From: an uncultured Syntrophaceae bacterium
Lineage (GTDB): Bacteria; Desulfobacterota; Syntrophia; Syntrophales; UBA2185
NCBI GenBank assembly: GCA_903893135.1
Contig: CAITLA010000273.1
Location: 1 to 51,811, forward strand
Direction of reading: 5' to 3'
Length of the DNA: 51,811 bases
In this document: positions 1 through 8,690 of the stretch, piece after piece
Numbering within the stretch: the first letter of the stretch is position 1
Layout: each line of letters starts with the position of its first letter
The notes under the pieces: generated by a model
Database searches by the model: none
Told to the model about the DNA's origin: nothing
Seen by the model: the letters and a program-made list of their open reading frames with translations, nothing else
Position numbers and translations under genes: made by a program

Positions 1-510
1 GTCAGAAAAGGGAAGAAATTCACTGTCAATCTCTACAATGCCATGTTCAGAGCGGACGTTTCCCAGAATATAATCATAGACGATGGCGACATAGTCACGG
101 TTCCGGAACTTCCTTTCTTCGGTGAAAGGGTGTATGTCTTCGGCGAAGTCAACAAGCAGGGGATATACAGGCTGAAGGACGCTGCCGACCTTCTGGCAGC
201 AATAGCTAATGCTGGAAGTACGACCCTCGTAGCCGTGAAGTCAGATATTAAGATAATAAGAGAATATAAAGAGCGGGGAGGGAAACCGATTATCCTGTCT
301 GCTAATCTGGATCAGATTCTAAAGCAAGGGGACTTATCCCAGAATATATCGCTTAAGGACGGTGATGTTGTCTACGTTCCGAGAAGGGTTATCGGCGATA
401 TCAATGAATTCATCATAAATACGACACCTCTTCTGGAGTACCTGCTAAAATATCCGGCCGGCTTCAGGGATTCGTATTTCCTCAATCCTGCAAACCAACT
501 GCGGTTTTAG
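1..510 (+). CDS. Polysaccharide export protein (Wza/OPX family), C-terminal part; open to the left window edge
   Basis: Frame 1 has no stop from nt 1, so the gene starts upstream of the window. It has SLBB-type motifs (DGDIVTVPE, FGEVNKQGIY, LKDGDVVYVPRR). It directly precedes a Wzc-type gene. Confidence 0.7.
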   Translation, partial: VRKGKKFTVNLYNAMFRADVSQNIIIDDGDIVTVPELPFFGERVYVFGEVNKQGIYRLKDAADLLAAIANAGSTTLVAVKSDIKIIREYKERGGKPIILSANLDQILKQGDLSQNISLKDGDVVYVPRRVIGDINEFIINTTPLLEYLLKYPAGFRDSYFLNPANQLRF

Positions 511-524
511 GAGAATTACGCATA

Positions 525-3500
525 ATGGCCCAATATGACCTTAACCTGAGAGATTACTGGCGCACTATCAGAAAGAGAAAGTTCATTGTCCTTTTTACAA
601 TGGTCTCAATGGGATTTTTCAGCCTTGTCTGGGCCGTATTAGGGCAGCCTACTCCTATATATAAAACAAGTGTCAGTATTAAAATTGAAAAGATCGGTTC
701 ACTAACCGGCCTTTACTCACAGGCCTTTCAATGGTCTTCCACCAATTACCTTGAGACGCAGGCCTCTGTCATAAAGAGTTACATTATTCTGGAAGCAGTT
801 GCCAAAAAACTCAATTTAATACCGGCCAATCTTTCTTCCGAACAGATACGCAGCAGTCGCGAATATCTCAAAACTATACTGGATCTTAAAAGTAAAGTCG
901 AAACAGAGCAGGAAGGCAATACCGATATCATCACCATTAATGTGACATCTGAAGACCCCAAGTTTGCCCAGCGTTTCGCGAACACAATTGCTCAGGTTTA
1001 CAAAGAGGAACATCTAGTCGATATCAACAGAAGGACATTCGAGGCTAAAAAATTCATAGAAAGTCAATTAAATATCGTTAAAGAGAAGGTAGCAAAATCG
1101 GAAGATGCCGTACGGAATTACAGAGAGAATAGCAAGTTGATATCTATTGACGCGCAGTCCGCGGCCTCGCTTAACCAAGCATCTAAACTCCAGGCGGCAT
1201 ACGACATTGATTCGTCAACACTTCAGAAAATCAGCGGGGTGGAGAAAATTCTTGCCACAGCGGAAGATAAACATCTCACATCAAAGACCTCTTTCTACTT
1301 TGACGAAGCGACGCCGATCTATAAGAATTTGAATGACCGATTGGTTCAGCTCATGCTGGAGAGAGACACTCTTCTTATTACATACACAGAAAACTTTCCA
1401 CAGATTCAGGAAATCAAGAATCAGACCCATGAAATAATCACAAGCATGAAGTCACAGTTGTCCTCCCAAAAAAAGTATCTCGAGTCAAACGTCAGAAATC
1501 TAAAGCAGCAGATCAATGTAACCGACGAGCAACTCAGGAAGCTGCCGGAGAAAGGTCTGGAACTGCTCAGATTCGAAAGAGAGGCGGCAGTTAACAGAGA
1601 GGTGTACACCCTTCTCGAAAAGAAGTATCAGGAAGCTTTGATTCAAGACGCGGAAAAGATAGAAGAGGTGAACATCGTAAGGCCCGCTCTTGAGCCGACA
1701 ATACCGACTAATCCCCCCAAAACTGCCGCAAATACTGCCTTAGGAACTATTATTGGGCTGATTATTGGCATTGTCTTTGCCTTCATAATAGAAACCTTTG
1801 ACACTTCCTTCGAAGCCATTGAAGAAGTTGAATCATTCCTGGGCGTTCGCGTCCTCGGGATTATACCCCAGGTCAACTATGATGAGCTTAAAGCAATTCT
1901 TCAGGAAAAATACTCCAAAACCGTAGATGATGAAACCATAAAAAAAACTAACAGACTTATATCGCACTTCTTGCCTACGTCGTCATCGGCTGAAAATTAC
2001 AGGGCCCTCAGAACAAACCTGAATTTTCTAAATCTCGACAAAAGCATTAAGACAATAGTTCTTACGAGCTCTTCACCTGAGGAAGGCAAGACCACTGTAG
2101 CCGTCAACCTCGCCATAACCATGGCTCAGGGCGGCAGCAAGGTACTCCTCATTGAGGGGGATCTCCGGAGGGCCGTCATAGCTAAATTATTTGGCATCGA
2201 AACCGTGCCGGGACTGGCCGATGTAATTTTAGGCAATTATGAATGGCGGAGCGTTGTCAGGACAATTACCGATTTCATAACGGGCAAAATGAGCATGGAC
2301 GAGATTATGCAGACCCCTGGCATGGATAATCTCCATATCATTACCGGTGGATCGCCTGCCCCGAATCCGGCCGAGCTTGTCAACTCGAAACTCATGCCCG
2401 AACTTATAAAGCAGGCATCTTCTGAATATGACATTATACTGATAGATGCACCTCCCGTATTGGCCGCTACAGAGGCATCGATATTGAGTTCACTTGGAGA
2501 TGGTGCAATCATTGTATATCAGGTGGGAAAAATTGCCAGAGGCGCCCTCAAGCGGGCGAAGGCACAGCTTGACAATGTGGGAGCGAAAATATTTGGTGTC
2601 GTCCTGAATGGTTTAAAAGCTGATATCAGCCCTGATTTTGCCTACCGTGACAAGAAGTATTACTATTATTATGGTGACAAGAAGCCGGAAAAGACTTCTT
2701 TAAAGGATAGGATCTTCGCGTTCCCTGAAACTGTAACGCATTACCTTAGATCAATTATATCTAAAGGATCATTCGAAAGGGAAGCACCTGCACCTGCACC
2801 TGTAGCTGCACCTGTAGCTGTAGCTGCACCTGCAATTGAAGCTGAAACGGAACCAATACAGGAAGATGCGCAGAAGGTGACGGCAGAAAAGCCTGAAGTC
2901 AAAATTTCAAGACCGAAATTTGTAATTCTATTATTTGCGCTCCTATTCATGATTCTCGGCATATTGTATCAGACCGGCGTCGTTCAATACGATCTTGAAA
3001 ATATTCTCCCCTGGCTTGAATCTCTAAAACCTGCCATGCAGGAAAAGAAAACTTCTACCGAGAACATTCAGCCCACGGCCGGTACGATACAAACAATACC
3101 TCAGGAGAAATCAATATCCATAGAGGAAAAGAAACCTGCTACGGAGAGTATCCAGACTCCGACAGGTACCACGCAATCAGCGCCTCCAAAAGAGTCTGTA
3201 CCAACAACTGTGGCAGTCCCTAAGGCTACTGCTGACTGGGGCCTAATCCTTTATGTGAAAGACGGTACCAACATCAGGGCAGACCGTTCAATAAATTCCG
3301 AGGTCAGAGGAAAGCTTGAACCCGGCCAGAAGGTTAAAGCAGATTTCCTCGATGATGATTGGTACGCGGTCTTTAAGGTTAAAGAAACAAAGCGGGATAT
3401 TAAGAGGGCACGCGGTTATGTATATTCTCCCCGGCTATCCCTTCCTGAGGCCATGCAAACGCAGCAAGCAACGGATACTCAGACGGCTAAGGACTGGGGC

Positions 3501-3725
3501 ATAATCCTCTATGTAAAAGACAGAACCAACATCAGGGCAGACCGTTCAATAAATTCCAAGGTCAGGGGGACGCTTGAACCGGACCAGAAGGTCAAGGCAG
3601 ATTTCCTGGAGGATGAATGGTACGCGGTATTTAAGGTTAAAGAAACAAAGCGGGATATTAAGAGGGCACTTGGTTATGTATACTCTCCCCGGCTGTTCCC
3701 TATTGAGGCAACAGGGAAGAATTAA
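525..3725 (+). CDS. Wzc-type polysaccharide co-polymerase / bacterial tyrosine (BY) kinase with extra C-terminal TM helix and two SH3-like repeats
   Basis: The N-terminal Wzz-like region has a TM helix, a long coiled-coil and a second TM helix (ALGTIIGLIIGIVFAFII). Kinase motifs: Walker A SPEEGKTT, Walker A' LLIEGDLRR, Walker B IILIDAPPV, tyrosine cluster YRDKKYYYYYGD. About 350 aa then follow, described in the findings. Confidence 0.9.
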   Translation: MAQYDLNLRDYWRTIRKRKFIVLFTMVSMGFFSLVWAVLGQPTPIYKTSVSIKIEKIGSLTGLYSQAFQWSSTNYLETQASVIKSYIILEAVAKKLNLIPANLSSEQIRSSREYLKTILDLKSKVETEQEGNTDIITINVTSEDPKFAQRFANTIAQVYKEEHLVDINRRTFEAKKFIESQLNIVKEKVAKSEDAVRNYRENSKLISIDAQSAASLNQASKLQAAYDIDSSTLQKISGVEKILATAEDKHLTSKTSFYFDEATPIYKNLNDRLVQLMLERDTLLITYTENFPQIQEIKNQTHEIITSMKSQLSSQKKYLESNVRNLKQQINVTDEQLRKLPEKGLELLRFEREAAVNREVYTLLEKKYQEALIQDAEKIEEVNIVRPALEPTIPTNPPKTAANTALGTIIGLIIGIVFAFIIETFDTSFEAIEEVESFLGVRVLGIIPQVNYDELKAILQEKYSKTVDDETIKKTNRLISHFLPTSSSAENYRALRTNLNFLNLDKSIKTIVLTSSSPEEGKTTVAVNLAITMAQGGSKVLLIEGDLRRAVIAKLFGIETVPGLADVILGNYEWRSVVRTITDFITGKMSMDEIMQTPGMDNLHIITGGSPAPNPAELVNSKLMPELIKQASSEYDIILIDAPPVLAATEASILSSLGDGAIIVYQVGKIARGALKRAKAQLDNVGAKIFGVVLNGLKADISPDFAYRDKKYYYYYGDKKPEKTSLKDRIFAFPETVTHYLRSIISKGSFEREAPAPAPVAAPVAVAAPAIEAETEPIQEDAQKVTAEKPEVKISRPKFVILLFALLFMILGILYQTGVVQYDLENILPWLESLKPAMQEKKTSTENIQPTAGTIQTIPQEKSISIEEKKPATESIQTPTGTTQSAPPKESVPTTVAVPKATADWGLILYVKDGTNIRADRSINSEVRGKLEPGQKVKADFLDDDWYAVFKVKETKRDIKRARGYVYSPRLSLPEAMQTQQATDTQTAKDWGIILYVKDRTNIRADRSINSKVRGTLEPDQKVKADFLEDEWYAVFKVKETKRDIKRALGYVYSPRLFPIEATGKN
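3234..3698 (+). repeat. In-frame tandem duplication (period 258 bp = 86 aa) encoding two SH3-like modules inside the wzc-like gene
   Basis: Copy 1 is nt 3234-3440 and copy 2 is nt 3492-3698. Protein copies: DWGLILYVKDGTNIRADRSINSEVRGKLEPGQKVKADFLDDDWYAVFKV... and DWGIILYVKDRTNIRADRSINSKVRGTLEPDQKVKADFLEDEWYAVFKV... Confidence 0.9.
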
Positions 3726-3737
3726 AACTGCTCATCT

Positions 3738-3992
3738 ATGACTGAATCAAAGATCAGAAAGAGATCCGCCTTTTCCAGGCTCAAACGACGTGTCAGGAGA
3801 TCTTTTACAAAAAGAACCATGGTCTGGCTGCTCATAATAGCGCTTTGTTCATTTATAATGAGCGCCTTCACCTTTGCCACCTCTTCCTTCATTGAAAAAT
3901 TTTACAGATTTGTTGACACAAGTTATACTCCGATGGATATGGACAGGACGACAATTGACCTAATAAAGAAAAAACTTGCGGGTAAAAAGTGA
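3738..3992 (+). CDS. Hypothetical small membrane protein (basic N-terminus, one TM helix)
   Basis: 84-aa ORF 12 nt after the wzc stop. It has an Arg/Lys-rich N-terminus followed by the hydrophobic segment MVWLLIIALCSFIMSAFTFA. No recognisable family. Confidence 0.35.
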   Translation: MTESKIRKRSAFSRLKRRVRRSFTKRTMVWLLIIALCSFIMSAFTFATSSFIEKFYRFVDTSYTPMDMDRTTIDLIKKKLAGKK

Positions 3993-4061
3993 GGGGCTGT
4001 TTCATCTCTCTCATTTCGCCCCCTTTGACAAAAGAAGATTGTGTCCCAATTAAGAAATACC

Positions 4062-4129
4062 GCCGGGTCAGGTGACCCGGCCTCCAGCAAAACAGAATGT
4101 AGGCCGCGTGACTCACGCGGCGAGACATT
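4062..4129. repeat. Pair of perfect palindromic hairpins (REP-like)
   Basis: CCGGGTCA-GG-TGACCCGG at 4063-4080 and GCCGCGTGA-C-TCACGCGGC at 4103-4121. The second is flanked by AATGT...ACATT. The pair lies in the non-coding gap after the wza-wzc block. Confidence 0.7.
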
Positions 4130-4258
4130 ACGACACAGTCTCAAGGGGGTGAGAGGGAGAAATCCTTGTCCCGAGCAAATTGATGCTGTCCCTGCTTTTC
4201 ATTGTCTTGTGACCAGGAGTGTGATATAAAAAAGTGAATGGAATGGCTATAAACAAAT

Positions 4259-4585
4259 ATGAAACAACCCGCTGAAATTCATGACCTGCCCCCGATGATG
4301 ACCGAAAAGGATCAAATGGAAAAACTATCGCCAATATATTGGGATGTTGATGTGGATCCGGATGCGCTCCAGCGGCTCCTTCGCGGCGACACTGAGAGGA
4401 TAGGCCACATTGATCGAATTAGTCTATATCGACGGCTGCTCATGACCTACGACTGGTATACCCTGCTGGCGTTGATTCCCCCTGACAAGCTGCGGGAGGC
4501 CTTGAGCGATCCCGTTCTGGAACATCTCCATCCCGTAAACCTCAGGGATCGTTTTCTCTATGCCCGAAACATTCTATTCAGCTAA
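4259..4585 (+). CDS. Hypothetical helical protein, upstream partner of the AbiEii-type nucleotidyltransferase (antitoxin-like position)
   Basis: 108-aa ORF overlapping the next gene by 26 nt. This is the usual position of the cognate partner in AbiE-type two-gene modules. I am not sure of the family. Confidence 0.5.
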   Translation: MKQPAEIHDLPPMMTEKDQMEKLSPIYWDVDVDPDALQRLLRGDTERIGHIDRISLYRRLLMTYDWYTLLALIPPDKLREALSDPVLEHLHPVNLRDRFLYARNILFS

Positions 4586-5240
4586 GATCTACCCTTTCAT
4601 GGACACGATTATGGCGCTGGTTCGTCGGGCGGATACGTCGTTTTATCTCACCGGTGGGACAGCGCTCGGCAGGCATTATCTTAACCATCGCTATTCCGAC
4701 GATCTGGATTTTTTTATCAATCAGGCGAATGATTTCCGGGATCAAGTCAAAAAGGTACTTGAGGAGCTTCGCCTCGGCGGAATTCTGTTTGATCCTGGCA
4801 CGGCAGCAGACACTTTTGTGCGGATTCTGATACGCGAGGGAGACACACCCCTTAAGATCGATTTCGTCAATGACGTAGCTTTTCACTATGGAGATTTTCA
4901 GGAGGCGCCTTTTTATCCCCGCATTGACCATTGGCGCAACATACTGTCGAACAAGCTGTGCGCTCTGAGCCGGAAGGAGCCCAAGGATATGGCCGACATT
5001 CTGTTCATCTCTCAGAATTTCTCATTTTCTTGGACGGAGATTTTCAGAGAAGCCCGGCAGAAGGATCTCTGGGTCGAACCCCTGGAAATTTCCAGAATAA
5101 TACATGATTTTCCGTTGGACCTGTTCGGAGCAGTTCGGTGGATAAAGACACCCGATTGGGGCAAGTTGGCAGAAGGTATAATCAAATTGCATGAGGATAT
5201 TTTCCACGGCCGGAAAAACTCCCTATACCCCGCAAATTAG
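4560..5240 (+). CDS. Nucleotidyltransferase, AbiEii/AbiGii toxin family (DUF1814-like)
   Basis: N-terminal signature FYLTGGTALGRHYLNHRYSDDLDFF (GGTAL...R.S.DLDF) is typical of AbiEii-type nucleotidyltransferases. The start is uncertain; in-frame ATGs also occur at 4599 and 4611. Confidence 0.7.
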   Translation: MPETFYSAKIYPFMDTIMALVRRADTSFYLTGGTALGRHYLNHRYSDDLDFFINQANDFRDQVKKVLEELRLGGILFDPGTAADTFVRILIREGDTPLKIDFVNDVAFHYGDFQEAPFYPRIDHWRNILSNKLCALSRKEPKDMADILFISQNFSFSWTEIFREARQKDLWVEPLEISRIIHDFPLDLFGAVRWIKTPDWGKLAEGIIKLHEDIFHGRKNSLYPAN

Positions 5241-5325
5241 TAAGATGCAGGACATCGTCTCTATATTACGGATCAAGGAAGAGATTCGTTGGGAAACGAT
5301 ATACACCGAACAAAGAGGTGTCGCT

Positions 5326-5508
5326 ATGGAACATCCTTCTGTAAAAGATTATGTCAAGATACCGAAACAGGAATATAACCTGCTCAAGAAAGTCTACCGC
5401 ACTGTCAAGCGTCAAGCATTTCTCGTACGACTTAATGAATCTGAACGGAATCTTGCTGCGGGCAAGACTAAAGCAATTTCCGTTGACGATTTTATTGACG
5501 CCGTGTAA
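5326..5508 (+). CDS. Small antitoxin-like protein (resembles the C-terminal half of Phd/YefM); no cognate toxin downstream
   Basis: ATG at 5326 is preceded by AGAGGTG. The 60-aa product IPKQEYNLLKKVYRTVKRQAFLVRLNESERNLAAGKTKAISVDDFI resembles the YefM pattern ...EEYNSLEET...L..S...L..GK.... Confidence 0.35.
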   Translation: MEHPSVKDYVKIPKQEYNLLKKVYRTVKRQAFLVRLNESERNLAAGKTKAISVDDFIDAV

Positions 5509-5577
5509 ACGGTATGAAACCGAAATCAATTCATTAAGGTCCTTTACCACTAACCCCTCACGCATTTATGTCCGACC

Positions 5578-6987
5578 ATGCTTAAACTCACTCACGCAGA
5601 AATAGATTCCAAAGCCATATTCTTACTGGCAATGGTCGTTGCAATAACGCTCGCTGGGGGGTTCCTCATTACAAAGGCCGTCCCGGGGATTGCTTTTGCC
5701 GTGATTGCCGCTTTCGCTATCGGAATCGTCAGCTTTGTCAATACAGAAATCGCCCTTTATATCCTGATCGCTTCCATGCTCCTTGGACCACAGTTTGTTG
5801 TGGGAGAACCAACAGAATTGCCTGGCCGCGGGCGTGGGTTTACGCTACGCATGGACGACATCCTTCTTGTCATCATAGGATTGAGCTGGTTTTTAAAAAC
5901 CGCTATCAGAAAAGAATTAGCGCTCCTTATACGAACACCATTAAACGGACCCATTACATACTATTTTGTTGTCTGCCTGATTTCAACACTCTTTGGATAT
6001 ATGATGGGAAGAGTAAAAGGAATCACAGGATTATTTTTTCTTTTGAAATACTTTGAATATTTTATCGTATACTTCATTGCCGTAAACCATCTTAAGGAAA
6101 AAAAACAGATCGAGCGGCTCCTGTTTACCATCCTGGGTGTTTGCTTTGTCGTTTGCATAGTTGCTATCTATCAAGTACCAGCGGGTGGCCGGGTCTCCGC
6201 ACCATTTGAAGGCCCGGAAGGTGAACCCAATACGCTTGGAGGCTATCTTGTTCTCATGCTCTCCATCGTCCTGGGTCTTTTGCTGACCCACGGTTCCAGA
6301 AAACAGAAAATCTTTTTGGGCACTCTCTCCTTTTTCATCGTGATTTCTCTTGCTGCGACGCTTTCCAGAGCCTCCTGGGTTTCACTTATTCCCATGGTCA
6401 TGACGCTCCTCTATTTTAGTAAAAGAAAGTGGCCCATCATTTTGGTATTAATCATTATTGTTTTAATATCTCCGTTTATCTTGCCCAAAAGTGTTAAGGA
6501 AAGGGTATCTTTTACTTTTACTCAACCGAAGGAAAGAGGACAGGTCACCGTCGGCGCAACAAGGCTTGACACCTCAACATCCGCCAGGTTTATGGCGTGG
6601 AAAAATACTCTTGAAAAAGATTTCGTCACTCAGCCAATACTGGGCTACGGCATTACGGGATATCGTTTTCTGGATGCGCAATATCCACGCATCCTTGCCG
6701 AGACGGGACTTTTAGGACTTCTCACCTTCTTAATTCTTCTTTTTTCGATCTATATGAATACCTTACACACATACATGGGCACCTCAGACCCACTTTTCAG
6801 TGGTCTTTCTCTCGGCTATCTTGCCGGCTTTATTGCCATGATTACACATGGTATAGGAACCAACACCTTCATCATCGTCCGCATCATGGAACCATTCTGG
6901 TTTCTGACTGCCATGATAATAATGATCCCGGAAATTGAGAAAGCAGCACCAACAGAACCGTTGAAAATCGAAACGCCTTTGGCATAA
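5578..6987 (+). CDS. O-antigen ligase / Wzy-like polymerase family membrane protein
   Basis: 469 aa with about 10-12 TM segments. It has the Wzy_C-type motif LSRASWVSLIP and a periplasmic loop. It sits between wzc and wzx. Confidence 0.8.
   Translation: MLKLTHAEIDSKAIFLLAMVVAITLAGGFLITKAVPGIAFAVIAAFAIGIVSFVNTEIALYILIASMLLGPQFVVGEPTELPGRGRGFTLRMDDILLVIIGLSWFLKTAIRKELALLIRTPLNGPITYYFVVCLISTLFGYMMGRVKGITGLFFLLKYFEYFIVYFIAVNHLKEKKQIERLLFTILGVCFVVCIVAIYQVPAGGRVSAPFEGPEGEPNTLGGYLVLMLSIVLGLLLTHGSRKQKIFLGTLSFFIVISLAATLSRASWVSLIPMVMTLLYFSKRKWPIILVLIIIVLISPFILPKSVKERVSFTFTQPKERGQVTVGATRLDTSTSARFMAWKNTLEKDFVTQPILGYGITGYRFLDAQYPRILAETGLLGLLTFLILLFSIYMNTLHTYMGTSDPLFSGLSLGYLAGFIAMITHGIGTNTFIIVRIMEPFWFLTAMIIMIPEIEKAAPTEPLKIETPLA
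6571..6938 (+). repeat. Left copy of a 368-bp direct repeat (partner at 7871-8238, offset exactly 1300 bp)
   Basis: The two copies align by eye without indels. The last 88 bp (6851-6938 and 8151-8238) are identical; the earlier part has scattered substitutions. Confidence 0.9.
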
Positions 6988-7130
6988 TATCTCTTAGTCG
7001 TGCCGACGAGGTAATCGGGAATTCTAAATTTGAAAATCGTCTTTCGTCGGCAATAATTAGACTGGGCCGAATATCAATCGGCTCTCCATCATAGATAGTA
7101 TGTAGATTTAATTGGCTGGACTTTTAAGTT

Positions 7131-7817
7131 ATGTGTAATGCATTCTGCATTTTATTCGGGGCAATGAATTTGACGAGTGAGGAAATTAATGGGAGACAGG
7201 TACTTGAAGTCGGGGCATGTAACGTTAATGGAAGTCTGCGTCCCCTTATCGAATCTTGGTGTCCATCAAAATACATAGGCGTAGACATCGTTGAGGGAGT
7301 CGGCGTTGATGAAATTTGTAGTGCTTATAATGTAGTAAACAAATTCGGCAAGGAAAGTTTTGATATCATAATATCTACAGAAATGCTCGAGCATGTGAGG
7401 GACTGGAGAAATGTCATTTCTAACCTTAAGAATGTTTGCAAGCCAAACGGCATCCTATTACTAACTACACGCACAAGAGAAGCTGAATTCCATGCGTGGC
7501 CTTATGATTTTTGGAGATATGAAATTGAAGATATGAGAAATATCTTCCCCGATTTCATTATCGAAAAACTCGAATATGATAAATTTAGCCCTGGCATATT
7601 CTTAAAGGCCAAAAAGCCACTTGATTTTGTCGAACATAACCTCTCTTCCATTCAATTGTATTCCATCATTACAGAAAGTCGAATCATCGATATAGATGAA
7701 AAAACGATCACGTCTTTTAACAGGAAGTATCGAATGTACCTGATGTTAAGAAATAGTTACCTATCGGTCGGAACTTTCATTTCCAAGATCATAAAACGCG
7801 TACTGAATATTAAATAA
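7131..7817 (+). CDS. Class I SAM-dependent methyltransferase
   Basis: Motif I-like VLEVGACNVNGS and post-I/II FDIIISTEMLEHV. The sequence is visibly AT-richer than the flanking genes. It lies between the two copies of the 368-bp repeat. Confidence 0.75.
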   Translation: MCNAFCILFGAMNLTSEEINGRQVLEVGACNVNGSLRPLIESWCPSKYIGVDIVEGVGVDEICSAYNVVNKFGKESFDIIISTEMLEHVRDWRNVISNLKNVCKPNGILLLTTRTREAEFHAWPYDFWRYEIEDMRNIFPDFIIEKLEYDKFSPGIFLKAKKPLDFVEHNLSSIQLYSIITESRIIDIDEKTITSFNRKYRMYLMLRNSYLSVGTFISKIIKRVLNIK

Positions 7818-7870
7818 GAGGGGCTAAATACGTCAAGAAATGATGTGATCGATCATGGTCCCTCAGTAAT

Positions 7871-8266
7871 ACCTCAACGTCCGGCAGGCTTCAATCATGG
7901 AAAAATGTTCTGGAAGAAGATTTCATCAGTCAGCCAATACTGGTCTATGGCATTACAGGATATCGTTTTCTGGATGCGCAATATCCACGCGTCCTTGCCG
8001 AGACGGGACTTTTAGGACTTCTCACCTTCTTCATTCTTCTTTTTTCCATCTATATGAATGCCTTACATACGTATAGGGGCACCGCAGACTCCCTTTTTAG
8101 CGGTCTTTCTCTCGGTTATCTTGCGGGCTTTACGGCAATGCTCGCACATTGTATAGGAACCAACACCTTCATCATCGTCCGCATCATGGAACCATTCTGG
8201 TTTCTGACTGCCATGATAATAATGATCCCGGAAATTGAAGCAGAAGCAAAAAGAGTGGCAATTTAG
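7871..8266 (+). pseudogene. 3' fragment (about 130 codons) of a second O-antigen ligase/Wzy-like gene
   Basis: Frame 2 is open from 7844 with no ATG before 8054. The translation TSTSGRLQSWKNVLEEDFISQPILVYGITGYRFLDAQYPRVLAETGLLG... parallels residues about 332-455 of the 5578-6987 product. Its C-terminal tail differs (AEAKRVAI). Confidence 0.8.
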
Positions 8267-8690
8267 GATATAAGAATTTAGATAGGATGCAACAGACAGC
8301 TTTTGAATATTTTTATTCGAACATTTTACTGAGAATATGAAGAAGAGTAATTACAAAACTTCTTTCGCCAAGCCTCGCAAGCTACTATTCAGTAAGTGTT
8401 AATCCTATAATAGATCCGCCTCTGTGGTTTGATAATTTCTCAAGAATTCAATTGGAAAATAGAGTAAGTAGAAATAGATTTTGTTGGATCCAGACATTAA
8501 ATCCTGAGGCTAAAGAAAATGTGCCTAAAATAATCATGGGTGATTATTCATCAATAGTATAATGGGGGCGACGATATCAGCTGCAAGACAAATCGTTGCC
8601 GCAGTCAGTCTTGCCGGAGTAATTAAGAAATACTCTGAGACTACCCAAGCATGGGTCTCGCCAACTTGAATAAAACCATCATCTAATCTC

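Noticed and set aside
6995-7095. A minus-strand reading (..GEPIDIRPSLIIADERRFSNLEF..) that faintly resembles the N-terminus of RmlC-type cupin epimerases (..L.I.P.VF.DERGFF.E.F).
   Set aside because: About 7 matching positions in 23, with no start and no continuation. It is indistinguishable from chance without a search.
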